From positions 32,001 to 96,000 of the IMG/VR virus record IMGVR_UViG_3300025000_000061: a stretch of 64,000 nt of DNA; one strand, 5' to 3'. Origin of the DNA: a virus. Shown here piece after piece: positions 9,413-17,642 of this stretch. The notes under the pieces were generated by a model. It was not told the origin of the DNA, made no database searches, and was given only the letters and a program-made list of their open reading frames with translations. Made by a program: the position numbers and the translations under genes. The number at the start of each line of letters is the position of its first letter. The stretch's first letter is position 1.

Positions 9413-10008
9413 TTGAATTTATTATAGGAGCAATTTTATATGCAAAATATAAAAAGAAATATAAATTAAAATACATATTTAAATACCCATACATATTTGC
9501 AATAATACCACCTTTATTATGTGCCTTACTATACATATTTATAGAAATATCAGTTTGGAATCAATGGTATTGGTTTTTACCATATCAACATATAATAAAA
9601 ACTACAACTTTGTTAAGTTATATACCTTTACTTTATATATATAATCTTTATGAAAATGATAATCAAAAATACATAAATAATAATATAATGAATGTAGTTA
9701 CTTCACCTATGTTTAAAGCAGGATTCTGCTTATGGTTAGGTTCGACATTAAATAAAATAGTTATAAATGCTAACAATGGTATGCCAGTTTTCCCTAGTAA
9801 TACATACTGGACTGGTTACGCCAAACCAGATTTATTTAATGATGGTATACATATATTAGGTAATGCTTATACAAAATTAATTCCTTTGTCAGACTGGATT
9901 GATATTTTTTACTCGGTGATTTCCCCAGGAGATATTTTAATTCGTATGTATGTTTTTTTAATTATATATTATGCTATAAAATATTCTAATAAATTATTAA
10001 TAAAATAA
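9409..10008 (+). CDS. DUF5317-family membrane protein (true start probably CTG 9409)
   Basis: Frame open from CTG 9409 after GGGTGA SD, giving (M)IEFIIGAILYAK..; NKIVINANNGMPV and TKLIPLSDWI..VISPGDILI motifs. Confidence 0.8.
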   Translation: MIEFIIGAILYAKYKKKYKLKYIFKYPYIFAIIPPLLCALLYIFIEISVWNQWYWFLPYQHIIKTTTLLSYIPLLYIYNLYENDNQKYINNNIMNVVTSPMFKAGFCLWLGSTLNKIVINANNGMPVFPSNTYWTGYAKPDLFNDGIHILGNAYTKLIPLSDWIDIFYSVISPGDILIRMYVFLIIYYAIKYSNKLLIK

Positions 10009-10019
10009 TAAAATAAATG

Positions 10020-10048
10020 TTGACACTTAAACAACTCTATGGTAATAT
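10020..10048 (+). promoter_or_regulatory. Sigma-A promoter for the sensor-like gene and agrD
   Basis: TTGACA-17 bp-TAATAT with extended TG. Confidence 0.75.
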
Positions 10049-10080
10049 ATAAATAGAAAATTACTAAGGGAGTTGGTTAT

Positions 10081-10881
10081 GTGGAACAAAATATTATAAA
10101 TGCGATATTGAATTTTTTCACAATTAGTTTGTTCGAGGAGTTAGGTATAGTTTTACTAATTTTAATATTTTTAAAAAGATTTGATTTACTTGATAAATAT
10201 ATGTGGAGATGGAATATAAAATGGATAATTTTGCCTACAATTTTAACGTCATTCTCCATAAATATATTTATATACATAATACCAAATTTTATATTAAAAT
10301 TTTTTGTTTCTATTATTGTTTTATACTTTTCTATAAATTATATCTTAATTAAAACAGACCCATTAGATGAAAAAATAAAATGGTATAAAATATTAATCAG
10401 TATAATATTAAGCATAGTTATGATAACAAGTGCAGAAATAATATATTTACCAATAATGCTTCAATATGTTAATCAACCAATAGAAATATTGAATAATAAT
10501 ATGTTATTAAAATTTATAGTAAGTTTGCCAGCAAAAACATTTCAAGTGTTATTGATTTATTTCATGTATAAAAAACATAATCAAAGTGAAAAATATGTTT
10601 CTAATATTTTAAAAGATAGAATATTATCTTTAGTTACAATTAGTTTTACTGGTTTAATATTGTTTGCTTTAACATGTATAGTAAAAATTGTAATTAGTTC
10701 AGAAATGATTGGTAAATATTCAATACAAACTCAAATGATGATTAGTGTATTAATAACAATTGTACCAACAATACTAATATTTCTTTATATCATACCAATT
10801 AATTACCTATTATCACGATTATTCAGAATACAACAGAGTTATCAACAAATGTATGATGATGTTGATGATACTGATGTATAG
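10081..10881 (+). CDS. Polytopic membrane protein resembling an AgrC/VirS sensor domain, lacking a kinase domain
   Basis: About 7 hydrophobic helices; directly upstream of agrD; ends in a short acidic tail with no H-box or GHKL domain. Confidence 0.6.
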   Translation: MEQNIINAILNFFTISLFEELGIVLLILIFLKRFDLLDKYMWRWNIKWIILPTILTSFSINIFIYIIPNFILKFFVSIIVLYFSINYILIKTDPLDEKIKWYKILISIILSIVMITSAEIIYLPIMLQYVNQPIEILNNNMLLKFIVSLPAKTFQVLLIYFMYKKHNQSEKYVSNILKDRILSLVTISFTGLILFALTCIVKIVISSEMIGKYSIQTQMMISVLITIVPTILIFLYIIPINYLLSRLFRIQQSYQQMYDDVDDTDV

Positions 10882-10913
10882 ATACAATGAATTGAAAGGA
10901 GGTGAAATTTATT

Positions 10914-11039
10914 ATGAAAAAATATACTCTTTTAGTCGTAGCTGGTTTTATTGCTTTAGTTGCTACTGCACTTACTAATTCCGTAGCATCTTTCATGGGA
11001 TTGAATCAACCTAAGAGTCCTTCTATGTTAGTAAAGTAA
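10914..11039 (+). CDS. agrD: AgrD-like cyclic lactone autoinducer peptide precursor, 41 aa (not in ORF track)
   Basis: Strong SD AAAGGAGGTG; MKKYTLLVVAGFIALVATALTNSVA-SFMGL-NQPKSPSMLVK, i.e. amphipathic leader, 5-residue ring and QPKxP tail; agrB is 1.5 kb away. Confidence 0.88.
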   Translation: MKKYTLLVVAGFIALVATALTNSVASFMGLNQPKSPSMLVK

Positions 11040-11055
11040 TATGACTACATAGAAA

Positions 11056-11093
11056 ATTCTAAAGTAGAGTGTTTACTTCCTCTACTTTAGAAT
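11056..11093 (+). terminator. Hairpin after agrD
   Basis: ATTCTAAAGTAGAG / CTCTACTTTAGAAT perfect 14-bp stem. Confidence 0.7.
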
Positions 11094-11179
11094 AAAAAAA
11101 TAATATAAAAACTATTGTGTTCTATATTAATATATGGTAACATATAGACAAGAATATAATAAATAAGGAGTGGTAAAAA

Positions 11180-12055
11180 ATGATGTTATTTAATAAAAAA
11201 GAAATTCTTAAAAAAGATAATCTTGTGGATGATAAATTTAAAAAAGAGATGGCATTTTTAGTATTTAAAGCAAAAGGTAGACGAAATATTGAACAATTCG
11301 TAAAAGACATGAAAATGTTTGATCCTACACCAATCGTTAATTTAATAAATAAAAATTATAATGAATTACCTGATAGAAAATTATTAAGGAAAATAGCCGA
11401 TAATAGTATGGGAATGGTTAATTTTAGGATATTATATGATCTCTGTGGTTACTCCGAGAGAGATCCTGAAGAAGATCGTAGTTGGATAAAATGGGTTCCA
11501 AGATGGGCAGAAGTTTATATGTGTGATCTAGGCATAGGAGAGGATTGTATTCAAGGAGGGAAAAGAAATGTATTAATAATTCAAAATAATAAAGGCAACC
11601 AACACTCACCGAATGTATCTATATTGCCAATATCCAGTAAATGTAAATTTAACCATATGCATATACTATTAGAAAAAGAATTGGGTTTTGAAAGGGATAG
11701 TTACGCATTGTCAGAAATGCCATTAACTGTAAGTAAGAGGAGGTTCTTTTATAATACAGTACCTTATAAAATTACAACACTTTCAGATTTTAAAATGAAA
11801 GAAATACAGGTATGTCTTGAGAAACAATTTGGATTTTTACCACTTTATTTTGACGTAGAACATGCATTTGAACTAGTCAGACATATAAAAAATCTAGAAC
11901 AAAATATAAAAATCAAAAAATCACATAATTTAGTAGATATTATGGAAGATAAATTAAATGACCTAAAAGAATACTGTTCAAAATACAAAAAGAATTATCA
12001 ACATTACCTACAAGAATACGATAGAATCAATAACTATGGTATTCAAGCAATATAG
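11180..12055 (+). CDS. XRE-like HTH - MazF/PemK fusion with C-terminal extension
   Basis: N-term KAKGRRNIEQF..LPDRKLLRKIAD..LYDLCGY; centre PRWAEVYMCDL..QGGKRNVLIIQNNKGNQHSP..GFERDSYAL. Confidence 0.8.
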   Translation: MMLFNKKEILKKDNLVDDKFKKEMAFLVFKAKGRRNIEQFVKDMKMFDPTPIVNLINKNYNELPDRKLLRKIADNSMGMVNFRILYDLCGYSERDPEEDRSWIKWVPRWAEVYMCDLGIGEDCIQGGKRNVLIIQNNKGNQHSPNVSILPISSKCKFNHMHILLEKELGFERDSYALSEMPLTVSKRRFFYNTVPYKITTLSDFKMKEIQVCLEKQFGFLPLYFDVEHAFELVRHIKNLEQNIKIKKSHNLVDIMEDKLNDLKEYCSKYKKNYQHYLQEYDRINNYGIQAI

Positions 12056-12126
12056 TGTAAATACTATATTTCTTCTATAAAATATTAATAATAAACAAAA
12101 AACAAATAAAAGGAGATGTTCAACAA

Positions 12127-12600
12127 ATGATTAACGAACACAAATTAAAGTATCTATGCAACAAATATGGTATTAATTATCAAGTATTTCATGCAACAGA
12201 TACCATATTAATAGATGCAAAATTAGATATATGGGAGGTGAAATATTATGAAGAAATACAAAAAAAATTAAATTTATTATACAATAAACAAAAAGAAATT
12301 CAATTGCAATTATTATCTCCTGTATTAGATGAACCAATTAAGAAAAAATTATTATATGAATATGAAAAAATAAACAAAAAAATAAAAGAAACAAAACCAT
12401 ATTATTTACTTCATAAAAATAAATCTGATAATAAATTTAGCAATCAGCACACACAAGGATGGAAGAAAAATTTATATCAAGTAATAACTTTTATATTAGC
12501 ACATAAAAGAGTTTTATATGGCATCCAATTAGGAAAGCCATATATACATAAGCACAATATTAAAATAAATAAGAAGGGAAAAGTATGTTTAAATACATAA
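12127..12600 (+). CDS. Hypothetical protein overlapping the agrB start
   Basis: ORF with AAGGAG SD. Confidence 0.7.
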   Translation: MINEHKLKYLCNKYGINYQVFHATDTILIDAKLDIWEVKYYEEIQKKLNLLYNKQKEIQLQLLSPVLDEPIKKKLLYEYEKINKKIKETKPYYLLHKNKSDNKFSNQHTQGWKKNLYQVITFILAHKRVLYGIQLGKPYIHKHNIKINKKGKVCLNT

Positions 12601-13271
12601 GATACCTATTAACATTCCGATATATCAAACTAATATCCTATATATCTGCTAAATATCTTCATAATAAAATACCTGTATTCCCACTAATAGATTCAAAAGT
12701 TTTATTAAAATTTTTACCAAAAAATATGTTAGATTTATTTGAAAATTTACATCAACAATCTAAATTAAAACCATATAAACTTAAATATGTTTATTACTAC
12801 GGTTGTCAAATCATCATAGGAGGCATTAACAAATTCCTACTCTTAATCACACTAGGCATCCTACTCAACATCCTCCCATATCTCATACTAACAACAATAT
12901 CATTCGTATCATTGCGAATTTGGTCTGGAGGGTTACATTTTGACTCTTACTCTAAGTGTGCCTACATTTCACTCTTATCATTTACAATCATGGCACTATT
13001 AGCAAAATACATCTACATATCAACCATACCTACTATATTAATATTCTTAATTGTCTTAATTTTAATTCTATTATATGCACCAGTAGAGCATCCCAACAGA
13101 CCAATAAAAAATAACGAAAAAGTTAAATTTAAATTAATTTCAATTTTCTCATTGTTAATATTACTATTAGTTATTTTATGCGTAAATAATATTATTATCT
13201 GTAATTCTATAGTGTTTGGAGTGCTATTAGCAGGTATAATTATGTTGCCTATTATAAACAAACTGAAATAG
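12585..13271 (+). CDS. agrB: Accessory gene regulator B (AIP-processing membrane peptidase)
   Basis: LRIWSGGLHFDSYSKC (catalytic His/Cys pair) and YAPVEHPNRPI motifs; multiple TM segments. Confidence 0.93.
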   Translation: MFKYIRYLLTFRYIKLISYISAKYLHNKIPVFPLIDSKVLLKFLPKNMLDLFENLHQQSKLKPYKLKYVYYYGCQIIIGGINKFLLLITLGILLNILPYLILTTISFVSLRIWSGGLHFDSYSKCAYISLLSFTIMALLAKYIYISTIPTILIFLIVLILILLYAPVEHPNRPIKNNEKVKFKLISIFSLLILLLVILCVNNIIICNSIVFGVLLAGIIMLPIINKLK

Positions 13272-13382
13272 TTGTTAACGCAAGTATATAAAAAGTCGAA
13301 AAATGTCGCTAGGTAATTGTTGTCTATATGTGAAATTTTATGTAAAATAATATACAATAAAATTATTAACAAAATTCAAAAA

Positions 13383-13435
13383 AAACACTTGTTCTTTTGT
13401 TATCAATGTATTATAATTGGACGAACAGGTGTTCT
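13383..13435 (+). promoter_or_regulatory. SOS-type promoter with two Gram-positive LexA boxes
   Basis: AAAC-ACTT-GTTC (13383-13394) overlaps -35 TTGTTC; 17 bp to TATAAT (13412-13417); CGAAC-AGGT-GTTC (13422-13434) at the predicted +1. Confidence 0.75.
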
Positions 13436-13472
13436 ATAAATAATAACATAATAATATTAGGAGGAGATTGCA

Positions 13473-13703
13473 ACGAATAGTGAAAAAATTTATACAATCA
13501 AAGATGAAAAAGGTAATTTTGTTCATGGTGATGGTATTAGAAAGATCGGCAAAGAATATTATTATTTGCCATATGAAAGTTTAAAAGATGGCTGTATTGT
13601 TTATACTAATAAAATAAGAGTAGAGAAGGCTCTGAATAATCTTGAAATACATAATCGATTAGGTGAGTTAGGACATAAATTTATTATTGAACTTGTCTCT
13701 TAA
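13473..13703 (+). CDS. 76-aa ORF with non-ATG (ACG) start downstream of the SOS promoter
   Basis: AGGAGGAG SD; open frame (M)NSEKIYTIKDEKGNFVHGDG...IIELVS. Confidence 0.55.
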   Translation, partial: TNSEKIYTIKDEKGNFVHGDGIRKIGKEYYYLPYESLKDGCIVYTNKIRVEKALNNLEIHNRLGELGHKFIIELVS

Positions 13704-13732
13704 TAAGATAAAAATAATAACTGACTTTCCTA

Positions 13733-13761
13733 TTGACATAGTATGAAGATACATATATAAT
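13733..13761 (+). promoter_or_regulatory. Consensus sigma-A promoter of the repressor-like operon
   Basis: TTGACA-17 bp-TATAAT. Confidence 0.85.
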
Positions 13762-13809
13762 AAGTATTAATGATTATTATATATAATTTAAAATGAGAGG
13801 TGAAGAATT

Positions 13810-15183
13810 ATGCTTAGTATAAAAAATGCTATGTTAATAGGAGAGTTAAAACCACTAATATTAAAGTATGGCAACAATTCAAAAATCTATAACATTATAC
13901 AAGAGGAATTTATTAAAAAAGGGTTATCTGGTAGCAATGCAAAAAACTTACTAACAGGTAAAATTGCTTTAGAAACATTAGATATTACCAATCAAAAAGA
14001 ATTATTCTTATTATTTTCTTTTACAGATGCTATGAAGAAAGCACTAAGTACATTTGATGAAATGTCCAAGGACACTTTTGGCATGGAAGAGGAATATATT
14101 AAATTAAAATTAGAATATTATTTTACACCCATAGAGATTGAAGAATTTACAGAATTCGTTATAGAGAAAGAAGAAGTAAGAAAATATCCGTATAGATTAA
14201 GAAATATGTTAAAAGTAGGAGAAAATCATTATATAGGGATTATAACTTCTAAAGAATTAGCCGAAATAGATTCTACTAATGATATAGTATATGACTTTGC
14301 AACACAAAGAGATCCTAAAATTGATATATTTGGAATGAGACGTATTAATGTTGACACAAGAAAAATTGATGCAATTGAAAAAAGTTTACTTGCTGGTGAA
14401 TATTTTTCAGATGAAATCAAGTTGAATGTTAAGAATGATGGAGAAGATCATATCGAATTCGATTCAAAGGACGGAATTTATGGTGATCTTATTATTCATT
14501 CAGGAACAATAACTTGTTTTGATGGCTATCACAGAAAAACTGCCAATTCTAAAGCGCAAAATAAAAATAATGAATTGCAATTTAACTGGAAGTTAGGTGT
14601 CACCAATTATCCAGAACCTAAAGCAAGAAAATTTATGACACAGATTAATAAACAAAAACCTATTAAACGTGAATACGTTAAAAATATTGATGAAACAAAA
14701 AATGAAAATACAATTGTCAATAATATTATTAATAATTCTAATTCTGAATTTGCCGATAAAATTAAAGAATCTGATGCAGAATTAAAATTTAGTGGTTTAA
14801 CTAAAAAATCTATATTATCTCTAGCAATAGAAGAACAATATGAAGAATTTTTAAACACTAAAATTTATAATATTGAAATCTCTAATTGGATAGTAGACTT
14901 TACAAATTATTTAATGGGACTATATCCTAATGAATTTTTATTTAATGTAGACAAAACTAAAAAAGTAAGTTATATTAATAATAGAAATATGTTCATAGGT
15001 TATATTGCACTTTCAAGAAAGTTATATAAGCAAGATGATTGGAAGAGTAAGACCGTTAAAATAATGAACAGTATTGATTTTAGCATTGAAAATAGCATAT
15101 GGAAGAATATTCGTATTGATGATAATATTTTAAATAAAACATCAAGAAAAGAATTATATAATCTATTTATAAAGGAGGTGTAA
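13810..15183 (+). CDS. ParB/DndB-like (DGxHR) protein, resembling SPbeta YopQ/SroE
   Basis: TQRDP and FDGYHR motifs; 457 aa; immediately upstream of an integrase-fold gene. Confidence 0.7.
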   Translation: MLSIKNAMLIGELKPLILKYGNNSKIYNIIQEEFIKKGLSGSNAKNLLTGKIALETLDITNQKELFLLFSFTDAMKKALSTFDEMSKDTFGMEEEYIKLKLEYYFTPIEIEEFTEFVIEKEEVRKYPYRLRNMLKVGENHYIGIITSKELAEIDSTNDIVYDFATQRDPKIDIFGMRRINVDTRKIDAIEKSLLAGEYFSDEIKLNVKNDGEDHIEFDSKDGIYGDLIIHSGTITCFDGYHRKTANSKAQNKNNELQFNWKLGVTNYPEPKARKFMTQINKQKPIKREYVKNIDETKNENTIVNNIINNSNSEFADKIKESDAELKFSGLTKKSILSLAIEEQYEEFLNTKIYNIEISNWIVDFTNYLMGLYPNEFLFNVDKTKKVSYINNRNMFIGYIALSRKLYKQDDWKSKTVKIMNSIDFSIENSIWKNIRIDDNILNKTSRKELYNLFIKEV

Positions 15184-15186
15184 ATA

Positions 15187-16251
15187 ATGGTAAAGCATAA
15201 AAATGGTAAGATTAACTTAGCAGAGAGAGTATTTAAACATGATAGAGATGTTAAAGAAGAATTTTTAAAAGATATTAAACCATCAACTGCAAAAACTATA
15301 AGAAGCATACTTTTTAAAGTAGATGATTATGAAGATCGAATCGGTAAAAGTATATATGATTTTACCTTTGAAGAGCGTGATGATTTCTTTATTTCTCAGT
15401 TTTGTAATAAAAGTAAGGGCGTTATTAATACAACAAGATCATATTTAGTAAAGTATATTAACCATTGTATTGATAACAACCTTGTTAGACATATGGAGAA
15501 TAGGTTTGATTTAATTTCTAAAGATGATATTGATAAATATATTAATGATACTGCAATGCAAATGAAATATCTATCTAGAGAAGAAATTAAAGAAGCACAG
15601 GATAAATTAGTTAATAATTGTGATAAGTTAATTTTGCAATTAATACCTTTGTCTGTCAGAGGGCGTACAGAATTGAATAATACTAATGAAGAATTAATTA
15701 ATTTGAGAGTAAAAGATGCTGAAGAATCTTATGAAACAGGTATTTTGCATGTCTGGAATAATGACGGTGATAGAAGACCTGTGAAAATTGATGAAGAAAC
15801 AATAGAATTATTGAAAAAGACAATAAATGATGATAGTTATATTATTAATAACGGAAGCATTTATGATAAAAAAGGGAGAATACTTGGCAGGGGTATCGGA
15901 GAAAAATGTTTTCCTTTAAATGATACTGGTTATGTATTTAGAACTGCTGGTAAGAATAAAAAAGGAAAAGTTAAAACTAATTTTTTTGGTTCTAGGATGA
16001 GAATAATGAAAACCTGGACGATGAATCCATTTATCACCGTAACGAATTTGTATTATTCTGGAATTATCGATTATGCTATGCAATTAAGAAAAGAAAAAGG
16101 TACAGAATTAGATAATCATGATTATATTAAAATAATTGATAAGTTTTCTTATGGTAAACCACAAATACTATCAAACAAAGAATTAGATTGGAGTGTACCA
16201 ATATCAAAAGTAAAATCTATGGTGGAAGATTATATTAATAGAAAATTATAA
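15187..16251 (+). CDS. Tyrosine-recombinase-fold protein with degenerate active site, putative master repressor (YopR/SroF/MrpR-like)
   Basis: SAM-like N-terminus; YLSREEI; VRGR..EELINLRVKD; HxxR box replaced by TNLYYSG. Confidence 0.7.
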   Translation: MVKHKNGKINLAERVFKHDRDVKEEFLKDIKPSTAKTIRSILFKVDDYEDRIGKSIYDFTFEERDDFFISQFCNKSKGVINTTRSYLVKYINHCIDNNLVRHMENRFDLISKDDIDKYINDTAMQMKYLSREEIKEAQDKLVNNCDKLILQLIPLSVRGRTELNNTNEELINLRVKDAEESYETGILHVWNNDGDRRPVKIDEETIELLKKTINDDSYIINNGSIYDKKGRILGRGIGEKCFPLNDTGYVFRTAGKNKKGKVKTNFFGSRMRIMKTWTMNPFITVTNLYYSGIIDYAMQLRKEKGTELDNHDYIKIIDKFSYGKPQILSNKELDWSVPISKVKSMVEDYINRKL

Positions 16252-16263
16252 AGAGGTGATAAA

Positions 16264-17145
16264 ATGGCAAAAGACGTTAATTTATCTGATTACACTGATA
16301 TAGAAGTTTATAATATGCTTAGATTTGGTATTATAGGTAGATTTCCTAATAATTTTTGGGGTGGTTTAGATACCTTTAAAACTGCAAAAGATTTAACCAA
16401 GTATATGTTTGAAAATATTCTCAAATGGGATATAGAAGATATTAAAAATAATACAACAGCAGATATTTTTTATGACTATAGACTTGGTGGTATGCTGAAA
16501 CAATTATTTAATGGTAATGTTTTAGATGCATTATTAAATGCATATCCAGAATTAGAAGAAGAATGGGTAGAATCTAAAAGAAGGACTAAAAACGAAAAAG
16601 AAGAAGATAAAAGAGAAAAAGAAGAAAAAGAAACAAGAGAAAAATATACAGATGAACAATTGATAGAAAATTTACAGCAAAAATTTAAACAATTAAATAG
16701 AAATCCTTATATAAGAGAAATGTCAGATCCAGATGGAAATGTATATTTAACAAGATTTGGTAGTTGGACTAAGGCATTAATTGCAGCAGAATTGCTTGAT
16801 GATATTTGTGCAGATGTAGATGATTCCGAAGAAGCAATTTATGAAGCACAAATTAAGATTAAAGAATTTGCATATCAATTAGGAAGATACCCTACAGAGG
16901 AAGAAGTTAATGATTTATTTTCACAAGGAGAAATAAAAGTTTATTTTAAATCTTTAGTTGGACTTTATAATTATTTAAATGAAGGGTATACAAAAGAAGA
17001 ATTGATAAATATTTTGGTTGATAAAAGAAATAAATTAGATAGAAATCCAATAAACAAAGATATAAAATTCCCAAGACCAATTATTTTTATTGATAAATTT
17101 GAAAGTTGGGAAAATGCTTTAAAAGAAGCGGGATTAGATAAATAA
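16264..17145 (+). CDS. DUF4046-like domain plus homing-endonuclease-associated repeats (putative DNA-binding protein)
   Basis: EVYNML..RFPNNFW..KYMFENILKW; repeats FGSWTKALIAA and FESWENALKEAGL. Confidence 0.65.
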   Translation: MAKDVNLSDYTDIEVYNMLRFGIIGRFPNNFWGGLDTFKTAKDLTKYMFENILKWDIEDIKNNTTADIFYDYRLGGMLKQLFNGNVLDALLNAYPELEEEWVESKRRTKNEKEEDKREKEEKETREKYTDEQLIENLQQKFKQLNRNPYIREMSDPDGNVYLTRFGSWTKALIAAELLDDICADVDDSEEAIYEAQIKIKEFAYQLGRYPTEEEVNDLFSQGEIKVYFKSLVGLYNYLNEGYTKEELINILVDKRNKLDRNPINKDIKFPRPIIFIDKFESWENALKEAGLDK

Positions 17146-17168
17146 CTAAATCCTGCTTCTTTTATTTT
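17121..17168. terminator. Bidirectional rho-independent terminator
   Basis: AAAAGAAGCGGGA...TCCTGCTTCTTTT between convergent ORFs. Confidence 0.75.
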
Positions 17169-17172
17169 TAAT

Positions 17173-17415
17173 TTACATATTCTCTTTCCTAATCCATTCT
17201 TCAGCTACCAATCTACACTCTTCAAAACTATTAAATTTAATATTCTCATCCAAAGACATATATACAATAATTCCATTATAATCTATATGAAAATGATAAT
17301 AATTCATATCAGGTATATAATAAATATATACTTTGCATCCTTTTGCTCATCTTGTTTTGCTTGTCCATGTCGGATAAACATTACGTTTTAATATCCTTTT
17401 AAATTTCATTTTCAT
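17173..17415 (-). pseudogene. Minus-strand 80-codon ORF with one in-frame TGA (codon 23)
   Basis: AGGTGGTG SD; MKMKFKRILKRNVYPTWTSKTR*AKGCKVYIYYIPDMNYYHF...EEWIRKENM. Confidence 0.6.
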
Positions 17416-17642
17416 ATCACCACCTATATATTAATACGTTATTATTTGTAGAAATATGTCGATTATTCTTAATATTATATATTATTTAAAGAATAAATCT
17501 AATGTAATATATGACATTTTATAGGTATAAGTAGTGTATTAAAAATTTGCTAAAAATTCATAAATAGTTGTTGTAATTATTTTAGTATTATGTTAATATG
17601 TATCTAAGGAAAATTTAATTATCGAAAGGGGCGAAATAAATT

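Noticed and set aside
13810-15183. DNA phosphorothioation (dnd) system
   Set aside because: Only a DndB/ParB-like domain is present, with no dndACDE or ssp genes.
15187-16251. Active phage integrase
   Set aside because: The HxxR box is replaced by TNLYYSG and there is no clear catalytic His/Tyr region; the context fits a repressor better.
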